A stretch of 64,000 bases of DNA from Deltaproteobacteria bacterium (GTDB lineage Bacteria; Desulfobacterota; Binatia; Binatales; Binataceae), in NCBI GenBank assembly GCA_003161515.1, contig PMOH01000316.1, positions 1,210-65,209 of the forward strand, read 5' to 3'. Numbering within the stretch: position 1 is the stretch's first letter; every line of letters begins with the position of its first letter. Positions 27,084-37,275 of the stretch are shown here, piece by piece. A program made the translations under genes and the position numbers. Below the pieces are notes generated by a model, which searched no databases, had not been told where the DNA came from, and saw nothing but the letters and a program-made list of their open reading frames with translations.

Positions 27084-29006
27084 ATGGGTCAGATCATTGT
27101 TAATGGTGGGAGCTTCAACGCGGCTGGTCTGCAGGCCGACGATCTCTACATTCAGATTATTCCGCCGCCTGCGTCGGTTGTGGGCGTGCCGGTCGACGTC
27201 GTCGGAGTAGTGGGAACCGCGTCGTGGGGACCGCTCAACGCGCCGACGTTACTCGGGACTCCGGGCGACGGTGCTCGAAACTTCGGACCCATCCCGGTCT
27301 GGGGCAGCGGAACGATCGACCTGCACGATTTGGCGACTGAAATCGTGATGCTCTTCCAGCAGGCGCCATCCCAGGCGCAGCTCCAAGTTTGGGCCTCGCG
27401 TATCAGCGATGGTACTGACGCCCCGGCATTCGGATCAGTCATGGACGGCGAGGGTACTCCGGTGGCCGGCGGCGTTGTCGAGGCGCTCTACAGCGGTATC
27501 GCAGGCGACCAACTCTCGTTGACGATCTCTCCGGGAGCCTTGGCCAATACCTTCAACGTCGTTATCGGCGGTTTCCCCGGCGTGCCGGCGGAGCTGTTCC
27601 CGAACATCCCGAACTCAGCGGGAAGCTTTTGGCAGAACCTCGCGAATGCGCTCGCGCTGGGCCAGTCCGGTATCCGGCCGCCTTCTCAATTCGCGCGCTT
27701 CATTCCAGGAACGCCGACGGAGGTTCCCACGGAGGCGCCCACCCTTTCGCCGGCGCCAGACGGAACGCATACGCAGTTCACCTTCACTCTCGCGAATGGT
27801 CCCGTGCAGCAGGGAACTCTCATTCTGACCGATAGTCACGGAGTGATCTTCGCTGACTCTGAGGGCAACGGCACGCTACAGGGCGTCGGCGGGACCGGAA
27901 CTGTCAACTATGTGACCAAGCAAGTCGCGCTGACCTACTCGGTCGCTCCGATAACCGCTACCACGATGGCGGCGGATTACGACTACATGGTGGCCAATAC
28001 CCACGCTCCGGTGGCCGGCTCGACGCCTCTCGCAAACGGCGCCGACGGGCGCGCCGGTGTGAACACGGCCGCTTTGCTCGGCAGCGACGCATCGCTTCCG
28101 AAAACTGGTCTGTATGCGTTGCGCAGCCTCAATCCCGCGCCAAGCATGGCTTACCTCGCCGGCATGACGGATGGGACGATCGTCTCGAATCTTCAGGGCT
28201 TCGCCGACAGCGAGGGCGTTGCGATGGCGTTCGCCTTCCCGACCGGAACCTCGAGCCAAGCGGCGGTCACCGCGAAGCAGGGCTACGGCATCCTCGACTT
28301 CGAGATGCTTTGGTTGAAGGACTGGATCTATTGGTACGACCCGGTGAACCAGCAGGTCCGGCTCGTGCCGCCCTATTCCACGATTCTCGGCCGCACCGCG
28401 ACTCTGCCGCCATACGTCTCGCCCGGAAACAAGCAAGTCTTCGGGATTATCGGGACCGAGCGGAACAGTCCGTACAGCGGGAACATTCCTTATTCGAACG
28501 CTGAGATTGGGCTCCTAGAGTCGGCCGGCATCCTGTTCGTAACGAACCCCATTCCGGCGGGACAACAGTGGGGCATCCGTCATGGGCAGAACGGAAATCC
28601 CGTGCCGCCGGCTGATGACGTTGCGTACACCCGGATGACGAATATGCTGGCGCAGTTGATGAACCGCATCCTTGGCCAGTTCGTCGATCAGCCGCAGAGT
28701 CAATCGCCGAAGGATCCTACCCGCGATGCGATGAAGACGATTTCGAATGCCGAGCTCCAGTCCCTCCAAGACCTCGGGATGATCGATACGCAGGATATGA
28801 ATGGAGGACCTGGCTACCTGGTCGTCTGCGATCTGACAAACAATACGCCGGCCCAGATCGCCGCGCGCTACTCTTCCATCGCCTGGAGAGTGGTTTACCT
28901 GAGTAACATCCGATTCCTGATCGGTTCGCTTCAGGGCGGTACGACGGTGGTCACGCAGGGTAACAGCCAGTCGCAAGCGCTGGCGGGACAGGGACTCTCG
29001 GTCTAG
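27084..29006 (+). CDS. contractile tail sheath protein
   Basis: VGVVGTASWGPLN, SPGNK, YTRMTN, VVCDLTNN. Confidence 0.92.
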   Translation: MGQIIVNGGSFNAAGLQADDLYIQIIPPPASVVGVPVDVVGVVGTASWGPLNAPTLLGTPGDGARNFGPIPVWGSGTIDLHDLATEIVMLFQQAPSQAQLQVWASRISDGTDAPAFGSVMDGEGTPVAGGVVEALYSGIAGDQLSLTISPGALANTFNVVIGGFPGVPAELFPNIPNSAGSFWQNLANALALGQSGIRPPSQFARFIPGTPTEVPTEAPTLSPAPDGTHTQFTFTLANGPVQQGTLILTDSHGVIFADSEGNGTLQGVGGTGTVNYVTKQVALTYSVAPITATTMAADYDYMVANTHAPVAGSTPLANGADGRAGVNTAALLGSDASLPKTGLYALRSLNPAPSMAYLAGMTDGTIVSNLQGFADSEGVAMAFAFPTGTSSQAAVTAKQGYGILDFEMLWLKDWIYWYDPVNQQVRLVPPYSTILGRTATLPPYVSPGNKQVFGIIGTERNSPYSGNIPYSNAEIGLLESAGILFVTNPIPAGQQWGIRHGQNGNPVPPADDVAYTRMTNMLAQLMNRILGQFVDQPQSQSPKDPTRDAMKTISNAELQSLQDLGMIDTQDMNGGPGYLVVCDLTNNTPAQIAARYSSIAWRVVYLSNIRFLIGSLQGGTTVVTQGNSQSQALAGQGLSV

Positions 29007-29016
29007 GAGAACAAAC

Positions 29017-29508
29017 GTGGGATTCCAACTTAACGGTTACAACCTGGGCACGGACGTTTCGATGACGCTGCAGCACGTCGAGAGTGGCGTCGTGCTGCCG
29101 GCGGCGTTGCTGGGCCACCTGATGGAATTCCAGTTCGATCAGGAAGACCAAGTCATTCGCGTCGTGCCGATTACGAACGGCGGAAAGCCGCTGTACAACG
29201 TGGTCTACATGGGTTGGCGCGGGCACGCGATGTTCACCCGAGTCAACGGCGCCCTGACCGCGATCTTGGCGGCGACCGAGAAAGATTACTTCGACAACGG
29301 CCACCTCAATCACTTCAACATGCTGGCCACCGTGCTGAATCGCGACTCGACGGTGGATCAGTATATGTTCACCGCCGGTGTTCTGAGTCGGCATCAGGGC
29401 GGCAACTTCCGCGCGGACAAGGAAGTCGATCAGCGGATCGAGTTTAATTTCCAGCGGATGGTGCTGACGGCCGGGTACGCGGCGCTGCTTCCGATCGCGG
29501 CGGGATAA
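29017..29508 (+). CDS. tail tube protein
   Basis: Follows sheath; 163 aa; GWRG...RVNG. Confidence 0.8.
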   Translation: MGFQLNGYNLGTDVSMTLQHVESGVVLPAALLGHLMEFQFDQEDQVIRVVPITNGGKPLYNVVYMGWRGHAMFTRVNGALTAILAATEKDYFDNGHLNHFNMLATVLNRDSTVDQYMFTAGVLSRHQGGNFRADKEVDQRIEFNFQRMVLTAGYAALLPIAAG

Positions 29509-29562
29509 GAATGGCATAACTAAGCCTTAATTAAGGCATACTTACGACAGGGAGAGAGACAC

Positions 29563-30111
29563 ATGCCTGAAGAGACCAAACCGCCAGAGGAAGCATCTGG
29601 ACCCGGACCTATCCGGCGCCAAGTGCGCGAGGTAGATCCCGCGCGCGCGTCGAGGCAGCCGAACTTCCAGGACGCACAAGCCCAATCGGACGCTGTTGCC
29701 GATACGTTGCGCAAGGCAGCCGGAGGCGGGTTCGAACGCCCCGACTCACAGAACGGCGCGGCTTTCATTCCGAACGCAACAGGGGAGCGACCGTTTGTGC
29801 AGCTCCAACTTCCCGACGGTCGGACGTTGACCCTAGCCCAACCCGAGGTCGCCGTCGGCTTCATCCTCGGTCGAATTCTCGGACCCCAAGAGTCGAGCAA
29901 CCCACTCTCAGTTGGCTATGCGAAGGCCCTCATGTACGTCGCCGAGATCGATGGGCAGCCGGTCAGACGCCCGACCAATATGGCCGAGTTGCAGAATCTC
30001 TCGAACGTGATAGGTGATCGCAACCTAGATCTTGTATCGATGGAGTTCGCTCGATACTGGCCGCAGATGACCGAACTCACGGTCCTAAAAAAAAATGGGG
30101 TCGTCGGATGA
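29563..30111 (+). CDS. tail assembly chaperone
   Basis: Between tube and tape measure; VAEIDGQPV; ends at an A9 run. Confidence 0.75.
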   Translation: MPEETKPPEEASGPGPIRRQVREVDPARASRQPNFQDAQAQSDAVADTLRKAAGGGFERPDSQNGAAFIPNATGERPFVQLQLPDGRTLTLAQPEVAVGFILGRILGPQESSNPLSVGYAKALMYVAEIDGQPVRRPTNMAELQNLSNVIGDRNLDLVSMEFARYWPQMTELTVLKKNGVVG

Positions 30112-30304
30112 CGTCCGCGAGATCGTGGCGGCGGTTAAGCACGGCCTCAGTTATTACGATGCCGTGAGGATGCATCCCAGTGAACGGCAGGCATTTCTTT
30201 ACGTGGCAGCGGAGATGGACGGGATGCGTGTCAACTGGGAAACCGGCGAAATCAGCGAGCCGCAGCAGCCGGGACGAGATCCGCGCGTGGCTGGGCGGGA
30301 GTAG
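30095..30304 (+). CDS. tail assembly chaperone frameshift extension
   Basis: No SD; frame opens within the A9 run (30087-30095); LSYYDAVRMHPSERQAF. Confidence 0.65.
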   Translation: MGSSDDVREIVAAVKHGLSYYDAVRMHPSERQAFLYVAAEMDGMRVNWETGEISEPQQPGRDPRVAGRE

Positions 30305-30307
30305 GCG

Positions 30308-30922
30308 ATGCGCGACTTCGATAGTTTTGAAGCCTTCGGCGCGTTCTGGGAATTTGCGGTCATACCCGGCTACTTGCTCGCCATGCACGCGGCGCTCGAT
30401 GAATGCGGCGCCGCCGTCAAAGAACGCATCCAAGAGAAGATAGGCGTCTCCCAAGGTCCGAGCCACGGCTACCCCGGCTGGGCTCCGCTCGCCGATACGA
30501 CCCTGCATGGATGGGGACCGAACCCCGGAAAGATAGCTCTCGGTCAGACCGGGCGGCGCAGCGGCGAAGATCCGCTCATGGCAACCGGGAAATCGCGCGA
30601 CGAAATCGAGTATGTCGTTCATCGCAACGATCTCGCGGTCACGATCGGCAGTAACAGCGACGGCCTTTTCTACGCGGAGTTCGGGACCGTGAACGAACCG
30701 CCGCGACCAACCTTTCGGCCAGCAGCAGAAGAGATCGTCGAAGAGGTCATGCTCGCGCGCATCGGCGAATTCGCCGTCGCGGGCATCACCGGCATAGGAA
30801 TCAGAACGCTCTACACCTCGGCTCAACTGTCTAATTTCGGCACTGGTCGCGAATACGTGAATACTTCGCGCGCGAGCTTCCGCGGATTCGCGCGCGGGAT
30901 GGGCATGAGGAGTCGATTTTAG
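30308..30922 (+). CDS. HK97 gp10-like / virion morphogenesis protein
   Basis: WAPLADTT, PLMATG, YAEFGT..EPPRP. Confidence 0.8.
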   Translation: MRDFDSFEAFGAFWEFAVIPGYLLAMHAALDECGAAVKERIQEKIGVSQGPSHGYPGWAPLADTTLHGWGPNPGKIALGQTGRRSGEDPLMATGKSRDEIEYVVHRNDLAVTIGSNSDGLFYAEFGTVNEPPRPTFRPAAEEIVEEVMLARIGEFAVAGITGIGIRTLYTSAQLSNFGTGREYVNTSRASFRGFARGMGMRSRF

Positions 30923-33025
30923 ATGGCTGGTTTCTCCGGATTTAAGGTCGGTATCTCGATTTTCCTGCTGGATCAGGCAAGTCGCGGGTTGATGGGAATC
31001 ACCCGCTCGATCGCGAGCGCAACCGGGGCGAGCAGAGCTTTGCGCGCCGAGCTCGCCGGCATTCAGACTTCGATGCGGATCGGGATGGGTATGACCATGA
31101 TCGGCGGCGCTGGACTTGGGCTGATCGGAAAGGCAGTCAAGGACGCTGCCGAATTCCAGATCAACATGGTGCGCGTCGCGAATATGTTCAAGCTCTCGAC
31201 CGATCAGGCGCGCCTATTCAAAAACGAGCTATTCGAGATCTCGCACCGCACGATGTTCTCCGCGGAAAACATCCAAGACGTAGCGCTCGGCATGAAGAAT
31301 GTCGGTATTAACTTCGAGAACATCAGCAAGTTGCTGCCGCAATTCAGCGCCGCTGCGGAAATCTTATTCAGAGTCAGCAAGGGCGGCGTGTCGCCGCAGC
31401 AAACCGGACAAGTCCTGGGCGAATTCGCGCATACCTTGGGGGTCTACGATCCGAAAGGGCTGGCGCGGCTGAGTAACGTGCTGGTCAACGCCGCGCAACT
31501 CATACCAGGAGGAGCGCAGGGACTCATCACACAGCTCGGCTATCTCCGTCCAGCGCAGCTTATGGGGATTCCTCCGGGTAATCTCACTCCGCAACAAACA
31601 GAGGAGTTCCAGGTCCGCGGCGGAATCAAAATGGTTGAACTGTCCGCGCTGGCGCAGCAGATCGTCGGCGGCAGAGGTTCGGGCGCCAGAGGTCCGGCTT
31701 CTGGCGCGGCGATGCTCAATTTCCTAATGGGTGCCGCTGGCGTAGGTACAACTCTGACGGGTTTTGGATTCATTCAGAATCAACTCGGTCGAGCAGCGCT
31801 CGGATTTCTCGATCCTGCGACCGGAAAATCCCCGGCGATGGCAAGCGGCGCCCTCGATATTTGGAAGGAGGTACAGACAGCACAGGCGGCATTCAATCAG
31901 GCCCGGACACTCCAAGGTCAGCAGCAGATGGTACGGCGAATGGTCCAGGAGATGAGTCATGCGCACATGACTCTCCGTCAGGTCACCACGATTATGAATG
32001 CGCCGATGATCAAGGGAGTGCTGGCAGGACAGGTGCAAAACCCCGGCGCGTTAGTAGATATGTTCGAGAAGTTCATCGGTGGGCAGACCGGGATGCGTTT
32101 TGCTGCGACAGTGTCCGCGCCCGGCACCGTCACTGCGATGCAGAATCTCGTCAAGTCCATCGAGGGCGGCGCCAGCATCGCCGAGCAGCAGCAGAAGTTT
32201 CTCGACACCCTGCCCGGTCGTTGGGCCCAGCTCACGACCGATATTCACAATGTATCGATCGAGATCGGGACAACGCTGCTACCCATCCTTACGCGGTGGG
32301 TGGTGAGCATCGACAGCGTCGTCGAAAAGTTTCGGATTTGGATCGAGGCGCATCCGGTTGCTACGAAGCGGCTAACAGAGTTGGCGGCCGCCATCTCCGG
32401 ACTTACACTCGCCGGCGGAGTAGCGATTTCCCTTTTGGCAGTTGGCCGTGCGCTCCGGATCATAGCGGGGATAGGAGGTTTCGGGTCGATCGCTGGCGCG
32501 ATCGTAACGGCGCTTACAGGACCAACGGCTCTCATAATCGGTGGCGCAATCGCGGCGGGGTTCATCGCCTGGATGATAACCAAGTGGACCGGTCTAGGAG
32601 GTCCCGACGATCCGCTTGCTAAGCTGCATCGTGACGCCGAGAAGGATCGTCCGAAGACGATGAGTGAATGGTGGCGCCGTATGGTTGGGCCATCGACGCC
32701 TATTCCCGGTGCCTTCAAAGACAGCCCTGAATACGAAGAGTGGCGGAAGCGAATTCATCCGTTTGGCACACCGGCGCCGGTGCCAGCGCATAAGAGTCCG
32801 TCGGCATATTTCGGTCGGCCGTTCGGTGGCGGCATCGAGCCCGCGATGGCAACAGGTGGCGTCACGATCGCACCTGGCGCGATCCATATCGAAGTTCACG
32901 GCGACATCGCCGGCGACTCGACGATCGAGAAGCTCCGGCGCGAGCTGCACGCGGCGCTGCTCTCGTTCGGCAGCGGCGGGGGCGTTACCGAATCTACATT
33001 CGCTCATGGAGCGGCGTCGATCTAA
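30923..33025 (+). CDS. tail tape measure protein
   Basis: 700 aa Ala/Gly-rich helical protein, AAEFQ...IGTTLLP, hydrophobic segments. Confidence 0.85.
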   Translation: MAGFSGFKVGISIFLLDQASRGLMGITRSIASATGASRALRAELAGIQTSMRIGMGMTMIGGAGLGLIGKAVKDAAEFQINMVRVANMFKLSTDQARLFKNELFEISHRTMFSAENIQDVALGMKNVGINFENISKLLPQFSAAAEILFRVSKGGVSPQQTGQVLGEFAHTLGVYDPKGLARLSNVLVNAAQLIPGGAQGLITQLGYLRPAQLMGIPPGNLTPQQTEEFQVRGGIKMVELSALAQQIVGGRGSGARGPASGAAMLNFLMGAAGVGTTLTGFGFIQNQLGRAALGFLDPATGKSPAMASGALDIWKEVQTAQAAFNQARTLQGQQQMVRRMVQEMSHAHMTLRQVTTIMNAPMIKGVLAGQVQNPGALVDMFEKFIGGQTGMRFAATVSAPGTVTAMQNLVKSIEGGASIAEQQQKFLDTLPGRWAQLTTDIHNVSIEIGTTLLPILTRWVVSIDSVVEKFRIWIEAHPVATKRLTELAAAISGLTLAGGVAISLLAVGRALRIIAGIGGFGSIAGAIVTALTGPTALIIGGAIAAGFIAWMITKWTGLGGPDDPLAKLHRDAEKDRPKTMSEWWRRMVGPSTPIPGAFKDSPEYEEWRKRIHPFGTPAPVPAHKSPSAYFGRPFGGGIEPAMATGGVTIAPGAIHIEVHGDIAGDSTIEKLRRELHAALLSFGSGGGVTESTFAHGAASI

Positions 33026-34006
33026 ATGGGCGCGATACCCATACTGACGAACTTAGGGACGGCCGTCATCGGAAATGCGGCGCGCCTTCTTTTCGGTGGA
33101 CCCCAACCGCTCGACTTCTTCATCGGGACGTCGACCGCCAACCCCGAGATCGTATTCGGCGACGGGAGCAATCTCCGCGGCAACGTCGGGATGGAGATCC
33201 CGGAAGAGTTCGATGGTTTGGGAGGCACCCAGATGTTCGCCGGCCACGACTTCCCCGGCGGTGTCAGGACACTCCAGCAGATGGGGGCCTTTCCCGAGAC
33301 GCTCAAGTGGAAGGGGACCCTGATAGGCGGTCAGGCTTTCGCGCGCGCGGCATCCATGGACCGTCTACGCATCAATGCCGCTGGAACTTTGCTCTTCCTC
33401 AACTATGGTCCGTGGCAGTGGCAGGGCTTACTGATTCGATTCAAAGGCCGGGTGCGCCATCAATGGTTGATCGAATACGAGGCCGAATTCGAACCGTTCA
33501 TCGACCTGACGAACACCAACCAAGTGATTGCCGCCCAGGGCTCTCAGAGCTTGCTCACCGAACTGATGAACAGTCTGAGCACGTTCGTCGGCAACACGAC
33601 CGGACTCTCGGCTGACGTACTCAGCGAGATCAGCTTAGTAATCGCGTCGATTGGTTCCGCTGGATTGGCAGCAGATCCATCGTTGGTATCGAATGCGATC
33701 GACGCTGTGACGGGATCTGATAGCGCCGTGTTCGCACAAGCGAAGAGTCCTAACCCGGCGGATGCCGCGCTGGTCGGAGACGTGCTTTCTAAACTTCTGC
33801 TCCTGGCGCAACTCTACCCGGTGGCCCCGCCGATCAAGACTCAAATCAATCGCATCAATCCGAATCTGCCGGCGTTGGCGGCCGAGCAGCTTGGGGATCA
33901 GAAGCAATGGCCAGCGATCGCAGCGGCGAACGGTCTCTTGGAGACGATGCCCAAGGGGGTGTTCGTACATCTCAACATTCCCCAAGCGGTGAGCGGGGGA
34001 GGATGA
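33026..34006 (+). CDS. baseplate tube initiator with C-terminal LysM-like region
   Basis: HDFPGGVRTLQQMGA; LAAEQLGD..WPAIAAANGL. Confidence 0.7.
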   Translation: MGAIPILTNLGTAVIGNAARLLFGGPQPLDFFIGTSTANPEIVFGDGSNLRGNVGMEIPEEFDGLGGTQMFAGHDFPGGVRTLQQMGAFPETLKWKGTLIGGQAFARAASMDRLRINAAGTLLFLNYGPWQWQGLLIRFKGRVRHQWLIEYEAEFEPFIDLTNTNQVIAAQGSQSLLTELMNSLSTFVGNTTGLSADVLSEISLVIASIGSAGLAADPSLVSNAIDAVTGSDSAVFAQAKSPNPADAALVGDVLSKLLLLAQLYPVAPPIKTQINRINPNLPALAAEQLGDQKQWPAIAAANGLLETMPKGVFVHLNIPQAVSGGG

Positions 34007-34013
34007 AAGGAGC

Positions 34014-34211
34014 ATGGCAATGCCGGAAGACACTAAATATACGGAATTGGCGAAGTGGCATCCTGAAGCCAAGGCAGTGATCGAATCGCGAATAAACGCT
34101 GCCGACTTCGGAAGTGAGAACATCGACAAGATAATCACAATCGCAGCGGATCTCCTTCTAGATAATGAAATTCTGGCCATAGCTTGTGGCCAAAAAAAAC
34201 AGAATGCCTAA
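34014..34211 (+). CDS. small hypothetical protein inserted in the baseplate module
   Basis: AAGGAG SD; AT-richer than neighbours. Confidence 0.55.
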   Translation: MAMPEDTKYTELAKWHPEAKAVIESRINAADFGSENIDKIITIAADLLLDNEILAIACGQKKQNA

Positions 34212-35430
34212 AATCGTTCCACAGGTTGTGATCGCGGGGAGGACGATCCCGGTATCCAGTTTTCGAACGCAGCGCGGAAGCTATGGGGCAATCGGGACCT
34301 GTGCGTTCACAACCGACGTGGAGCAATTGAAGACGAACAGTCTCAACATACTCAAAGCGAATCAGGCGGCGGTCGGAGGCCAACTCGGCGCCAGTCTCCC
34401 GATCGTAATATCGATCAGCACGGATGGGGGCAACAACTTCACCAAGCTCTGGACCGGCGATATGGACGATGCCGATTTCGACTTCCAAGGAGACACCGTC
34501 ACGATCCGTGGCCGAGATCAGGCGGCGCGGCTTTTCGACGATCGCGTCGTGCTCAAGGCGGACGAATATCAGAACAAGCGTCCGTACGAAATTGCGATCA
34601 AGTTGGCTGGCGACTACGGTCTCACTCCAAAAGTAACGGTCGATAGGACCCAGCCATTGGCGGGCGACCTCTATAAGATCGACGCGGTGAGCCTACCTCT
34701 GCCACGGCCAAAGTGGGACTTGTTGGTTTTCCTTGCCCGGTCAGTAGGATGGGAAGTCTTCGCCGGACTCGATAACGATCTGTTCTTCGGTCCTGCGGTC
34801 CCCGGCAAGCCGCACAAATTTACTTGGAAGATGAATGACCCTAGCGCGGGTATCCCCGTGATGAATCTTCACATGGAGTACCAGCCGCGGCGGAACATGA
34901 CCTTTCAGATCCTGGTGATGAGTCAGCACGCCGCGACCGAAGAAGTCTACTCAGAACGAATCATGGTAATTAATCAGGAGATCACCATTGACACTGTTCG
35001 CAAGGTGAAGGCCGGGGTCTACAAGGGATCTGCCGCACAGCGGTTGCGATCCGCGATCTCGAGCAAGCTCGACGGACGGCCACTCTACATTTTTTATCCA
35101 CAAGGCAAGACGCTCCAGCAGGTCCAGGGGCTTGCCGAACGCATCTATTACGACATTGCGCGCAAGCTGTTCGTCGCGTCGGGCGAGGTCGATGGCTTGG
35201 TGACTCTGAATCTTCAGGACTCGATTCAGCTTGTCGAGGCGAACGCCGGAGATCTCCAAGGCTTCGCGGGGCAGCAGCTTTCGCTGGTCAGCGTGGCGCA
35301 TCGCTTCCAGATGGCGCCGCGTGGTAAGAACGAGGCGGGATTCGTAACCGATTGGAAGGCGCATTTTCTTCCTGCGAGTCCGAGTTCGGGGACCGAGGAT
35401 CCGATCTTGGTAACGGGAGGTGAGGGTTAA
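34204..35430 (+). CDS. baseplate hub (Mu gp44 / P2 gpD-like)
   Basis: TIRGRD, IAIKLA..YGL, WDLLVFLAR. Confidence 0.8.
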   Translation: MPKIVPQVVIAGRTIPVSSFRTQRGSYGAIGTCAFTTDVEQLKTNSLNILKANQAAVGGQLGASLPIVISISTDGGNNFTKLWTGDMDDADFDFQGDTVTIRGRDQAARLFDDRVVLKADEYQNKRPYEIAIKLAGDYGLTPKVTVDRTQPLAGDLYKIDAVSLPLPRPKWDLLVFLARSVGWEVFAGLDNDLFFGPAVPGKPHKFTWKMNDPSAGIPVMNLHMEYQPRRNMTFQILVMSQHAATEEVYSERIMVINQEITIDTVRKVKAGVYKGSAAQRLRSAISSKLDGRPLYIFYPQGKTLQQVQGLAERIYYDIARKLFVASGEVDGLVTLNLQDSIQLVEANAGDLQGFAGQQLSLVSVAHRFQMAPRGKNEAGFVTDWKAHFLPASPSSGTEDPILVTGGEG

Positions 35431-35432
35431 AG

Positions 35433-35942
35433 GTGATGATGCCAGTGGTCGCCCCATATCTGACTACCTCGAAGGTTCTGACCATTGCTGCGAGCGGAGC
35501 GGTCGGCAGTGCCGTCTCTGCGCTTGCCGCACCTGCCTTCGATTGGAACACCGCTATCGCTGCGGGAATCGGTGCGGTGGTCTCTTCCACAGTCTCAGGG
35601 TTGATCATCGTTACCTTCGGGGCTTATTTGAATCGGCGGCTAAATGCCATCACTACCCACGTAGATGGCAAGATGGAAGAGTTGATACGCGCCAAAGAAA
35701 GCGTGGCGCTACGAACAGGATGGGACGCGGGGACTCAACACGCGGATGATCGCGCACAAGACGCCGCCGAGAAGACCGCTGTTGCTGCGACCGCGCTAGG
35801 TGATGCTCGCGAGCGGGCGGCCACTGCAGAAGGCAGACATATAGGCGCAATCGAGGAACAGTCTCGCAAGGCAGACGAAGATGCGACAATTGCGGCAGCG
35901 GCTAAGTCTGGCGTACATCCGCCGGATAAACCAGAGAAATAG
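35433..35942 (+). CDS. membrane protein (holin-like candidate)
   Basis: Two hydrophobic segments, then HVDGKMEEL and a charged coil. Confidence 0.55.
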   Translation: MMMPVVAPYLTTSKVLTIAASGAVGSAVSALAAPAFDWNTAIAAGIGAVVSSTVSGLIIVTFGAYLNRRLNAITTHVDGKMEELIRAKESVALRTGWDAGTQHADDRAQDAAEKTAVAATALGDARERAATAEGRHIGAIEEQSRKADEDATIAAAAKSGVHPPDKPEK

Positions 35943-35947
35943 AATAA

Positions 35948-36874
35948 ATGTTTCAATCTTACGATGAAGTCCTGCATCTGCTTGTGCACGCCGCCGCGCG
36001 CCAGCAAGGTGACAGGCGGATGACCTTCTACGGTCACATCGTTGCTTATGACGCGAAGAACCATTGCGTCAAAGTCCAGATCCCGACGCTCGCGGTCGAC
36101 GAAAGCTCGCCGGGGGTCGTTACCGGATGGATACCCCTAGGGAGCCATATGGTCGGAAACGGATGGGGCGCGCAGTTTGCGCCCGAGGCCGACGCATCAG
36201 GAATCCAGACGACCACGCCGACCGGAACTCCGTGCGAAATCCAACTCAACGAGCAGGACGGCGCCGCGACGATCGTGGCGCTTCGCTACACCGATAAGCA
36301 TCGCGCGCCGTTCCCGAACATGGTTGCCGGCGAATTCGCCCTGAAGTCAAAGGCAGGCAGCTACATCTACTATTTCAAAGACGGTTCGGCGGCACGGACA
36401 TTTCAGAAAGACCCGATGGGCAACACCATCAAGGAGACACTCGACGCTCAAGGGAACCTGAGTTTCCTCTTGCCGGGAGGCGCTCAAGTTAGCGCGACGC
36501 CGACAGGCTATAGCGTTACGGGCCCTGGCGAGGGCGGTGGGGGCGGAGGAGCCTCGCCGGCATCGGTCCAACTGAGTAACGACGGAAGCTACTCGGTCCA
36601 GAACAGCAAATGCTTCGTCATAGGTACGAGCGATGGCGCGGTCGCGATCGAGAACACTTTCGGCAACGTAGAGATCAATGAAGAGGGTATTATAACTCTC
36701 ACGACTCTCGGTATGGTGATGACCTTCAATCACCTACTAGGTTGGACCATCATCACGCTATCGGGTGTCATCAACATTCCGCTGGTTGGCCCGATGGTGG
36801 TGAGTTCTACGATCGGAATTCAACTGGTCGCTCCTACGAACACGATTAAAGCAAACGGGAACGTGCTTGGCTGA
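35948..36874 (+). CDS. baseplate spike (gpV-like)
   Basis: OB fold YD...VKVQI...TGWIP...VGNGWG, then beta repeats. Confidence 0.85.
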   Translation: MFQSYDEVLHLLVHAAARQQGDRRMTFYGHIVAYDAKNHCVKVQIPTLAVDESSPGVVTGWIPLGSHMVGNGWGAQFAPEADASGIQTTTPTGTPCEIQLNEQDGAATIVALRYTDKHRAPFPNMVAGEFALKSKAGSYIYYFKDGSAARTFQKDPMGNTIKETLDAQGNLSFLLPGGAQVSATPTGYSVTGPGEGGGGGGASPASVQLSNDGSYSVQNSKCFVIGTSDGAVAIENTFGNVEINEEGIITLTTLGMVMTFNHLLGWTIITLSGVINIPLVGPMVVSSTIGIQLVAPTNTIKANGNVLG

Positions 36875-37275
36875 TGGATCTTTTTTTAGACTACGGAGCG
36901 GATCTAGTGCTCGACCAGAATGGCGGGATGCAAACTGCCGTGGGTTGGGATGAAACCAGGCAAAGGATTCTCCGCGACCTCTGTACTAACTCGCAGTCTA
37001 TTTTGCCTGACGGGTCTCCCGTTCAACCTGAATATATTTATGACACGAGTTACGGCCGCAATTTTCGGGTCTTAGTCGACCAGCCCATCGGCGCCGCATA
37101 TCGATCGCAACTGTTGCAGGCGGTTTTCGCAGCGGTGATGGTGGACGTGGCGGTGAATTCTAACGTCCCGCCGGGCATTCGGCTGATACGCCCCGACGTC
37201 CGAACCCTATTGGTCATAATCTCCGTGCCGCTGCAGAATCAGACCGTCGGTACGATCGCATTGCAGGTGACCTGA
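36874..37275 (+). CDS. baseplate wedge protein (gp25/gp46-like)
   Basis: QRILRDLCTN...YIYDTSYG. Confidence 0.75.
   Translation: MDLFLDYGADLVLDQNGGMQTAVGWDETRQRILRDLCTNSQSILPDGSPVQPEYIYDTSYGRNFRVLVDQPIGAAYRSQLLQAVFAAVMVDVAVNSNVPPGIRLIRPDVRTLLVIISVPLQNQTVGTIALQVT

Noticed and set aside
29524..29542. Palindrome GCCTTAATTAAGGC and an AAGGCATA motif shared with about 2497 and 21094 as a late promoter
   Set aside because: Too short and too few copies to distinguish from chance by eye.
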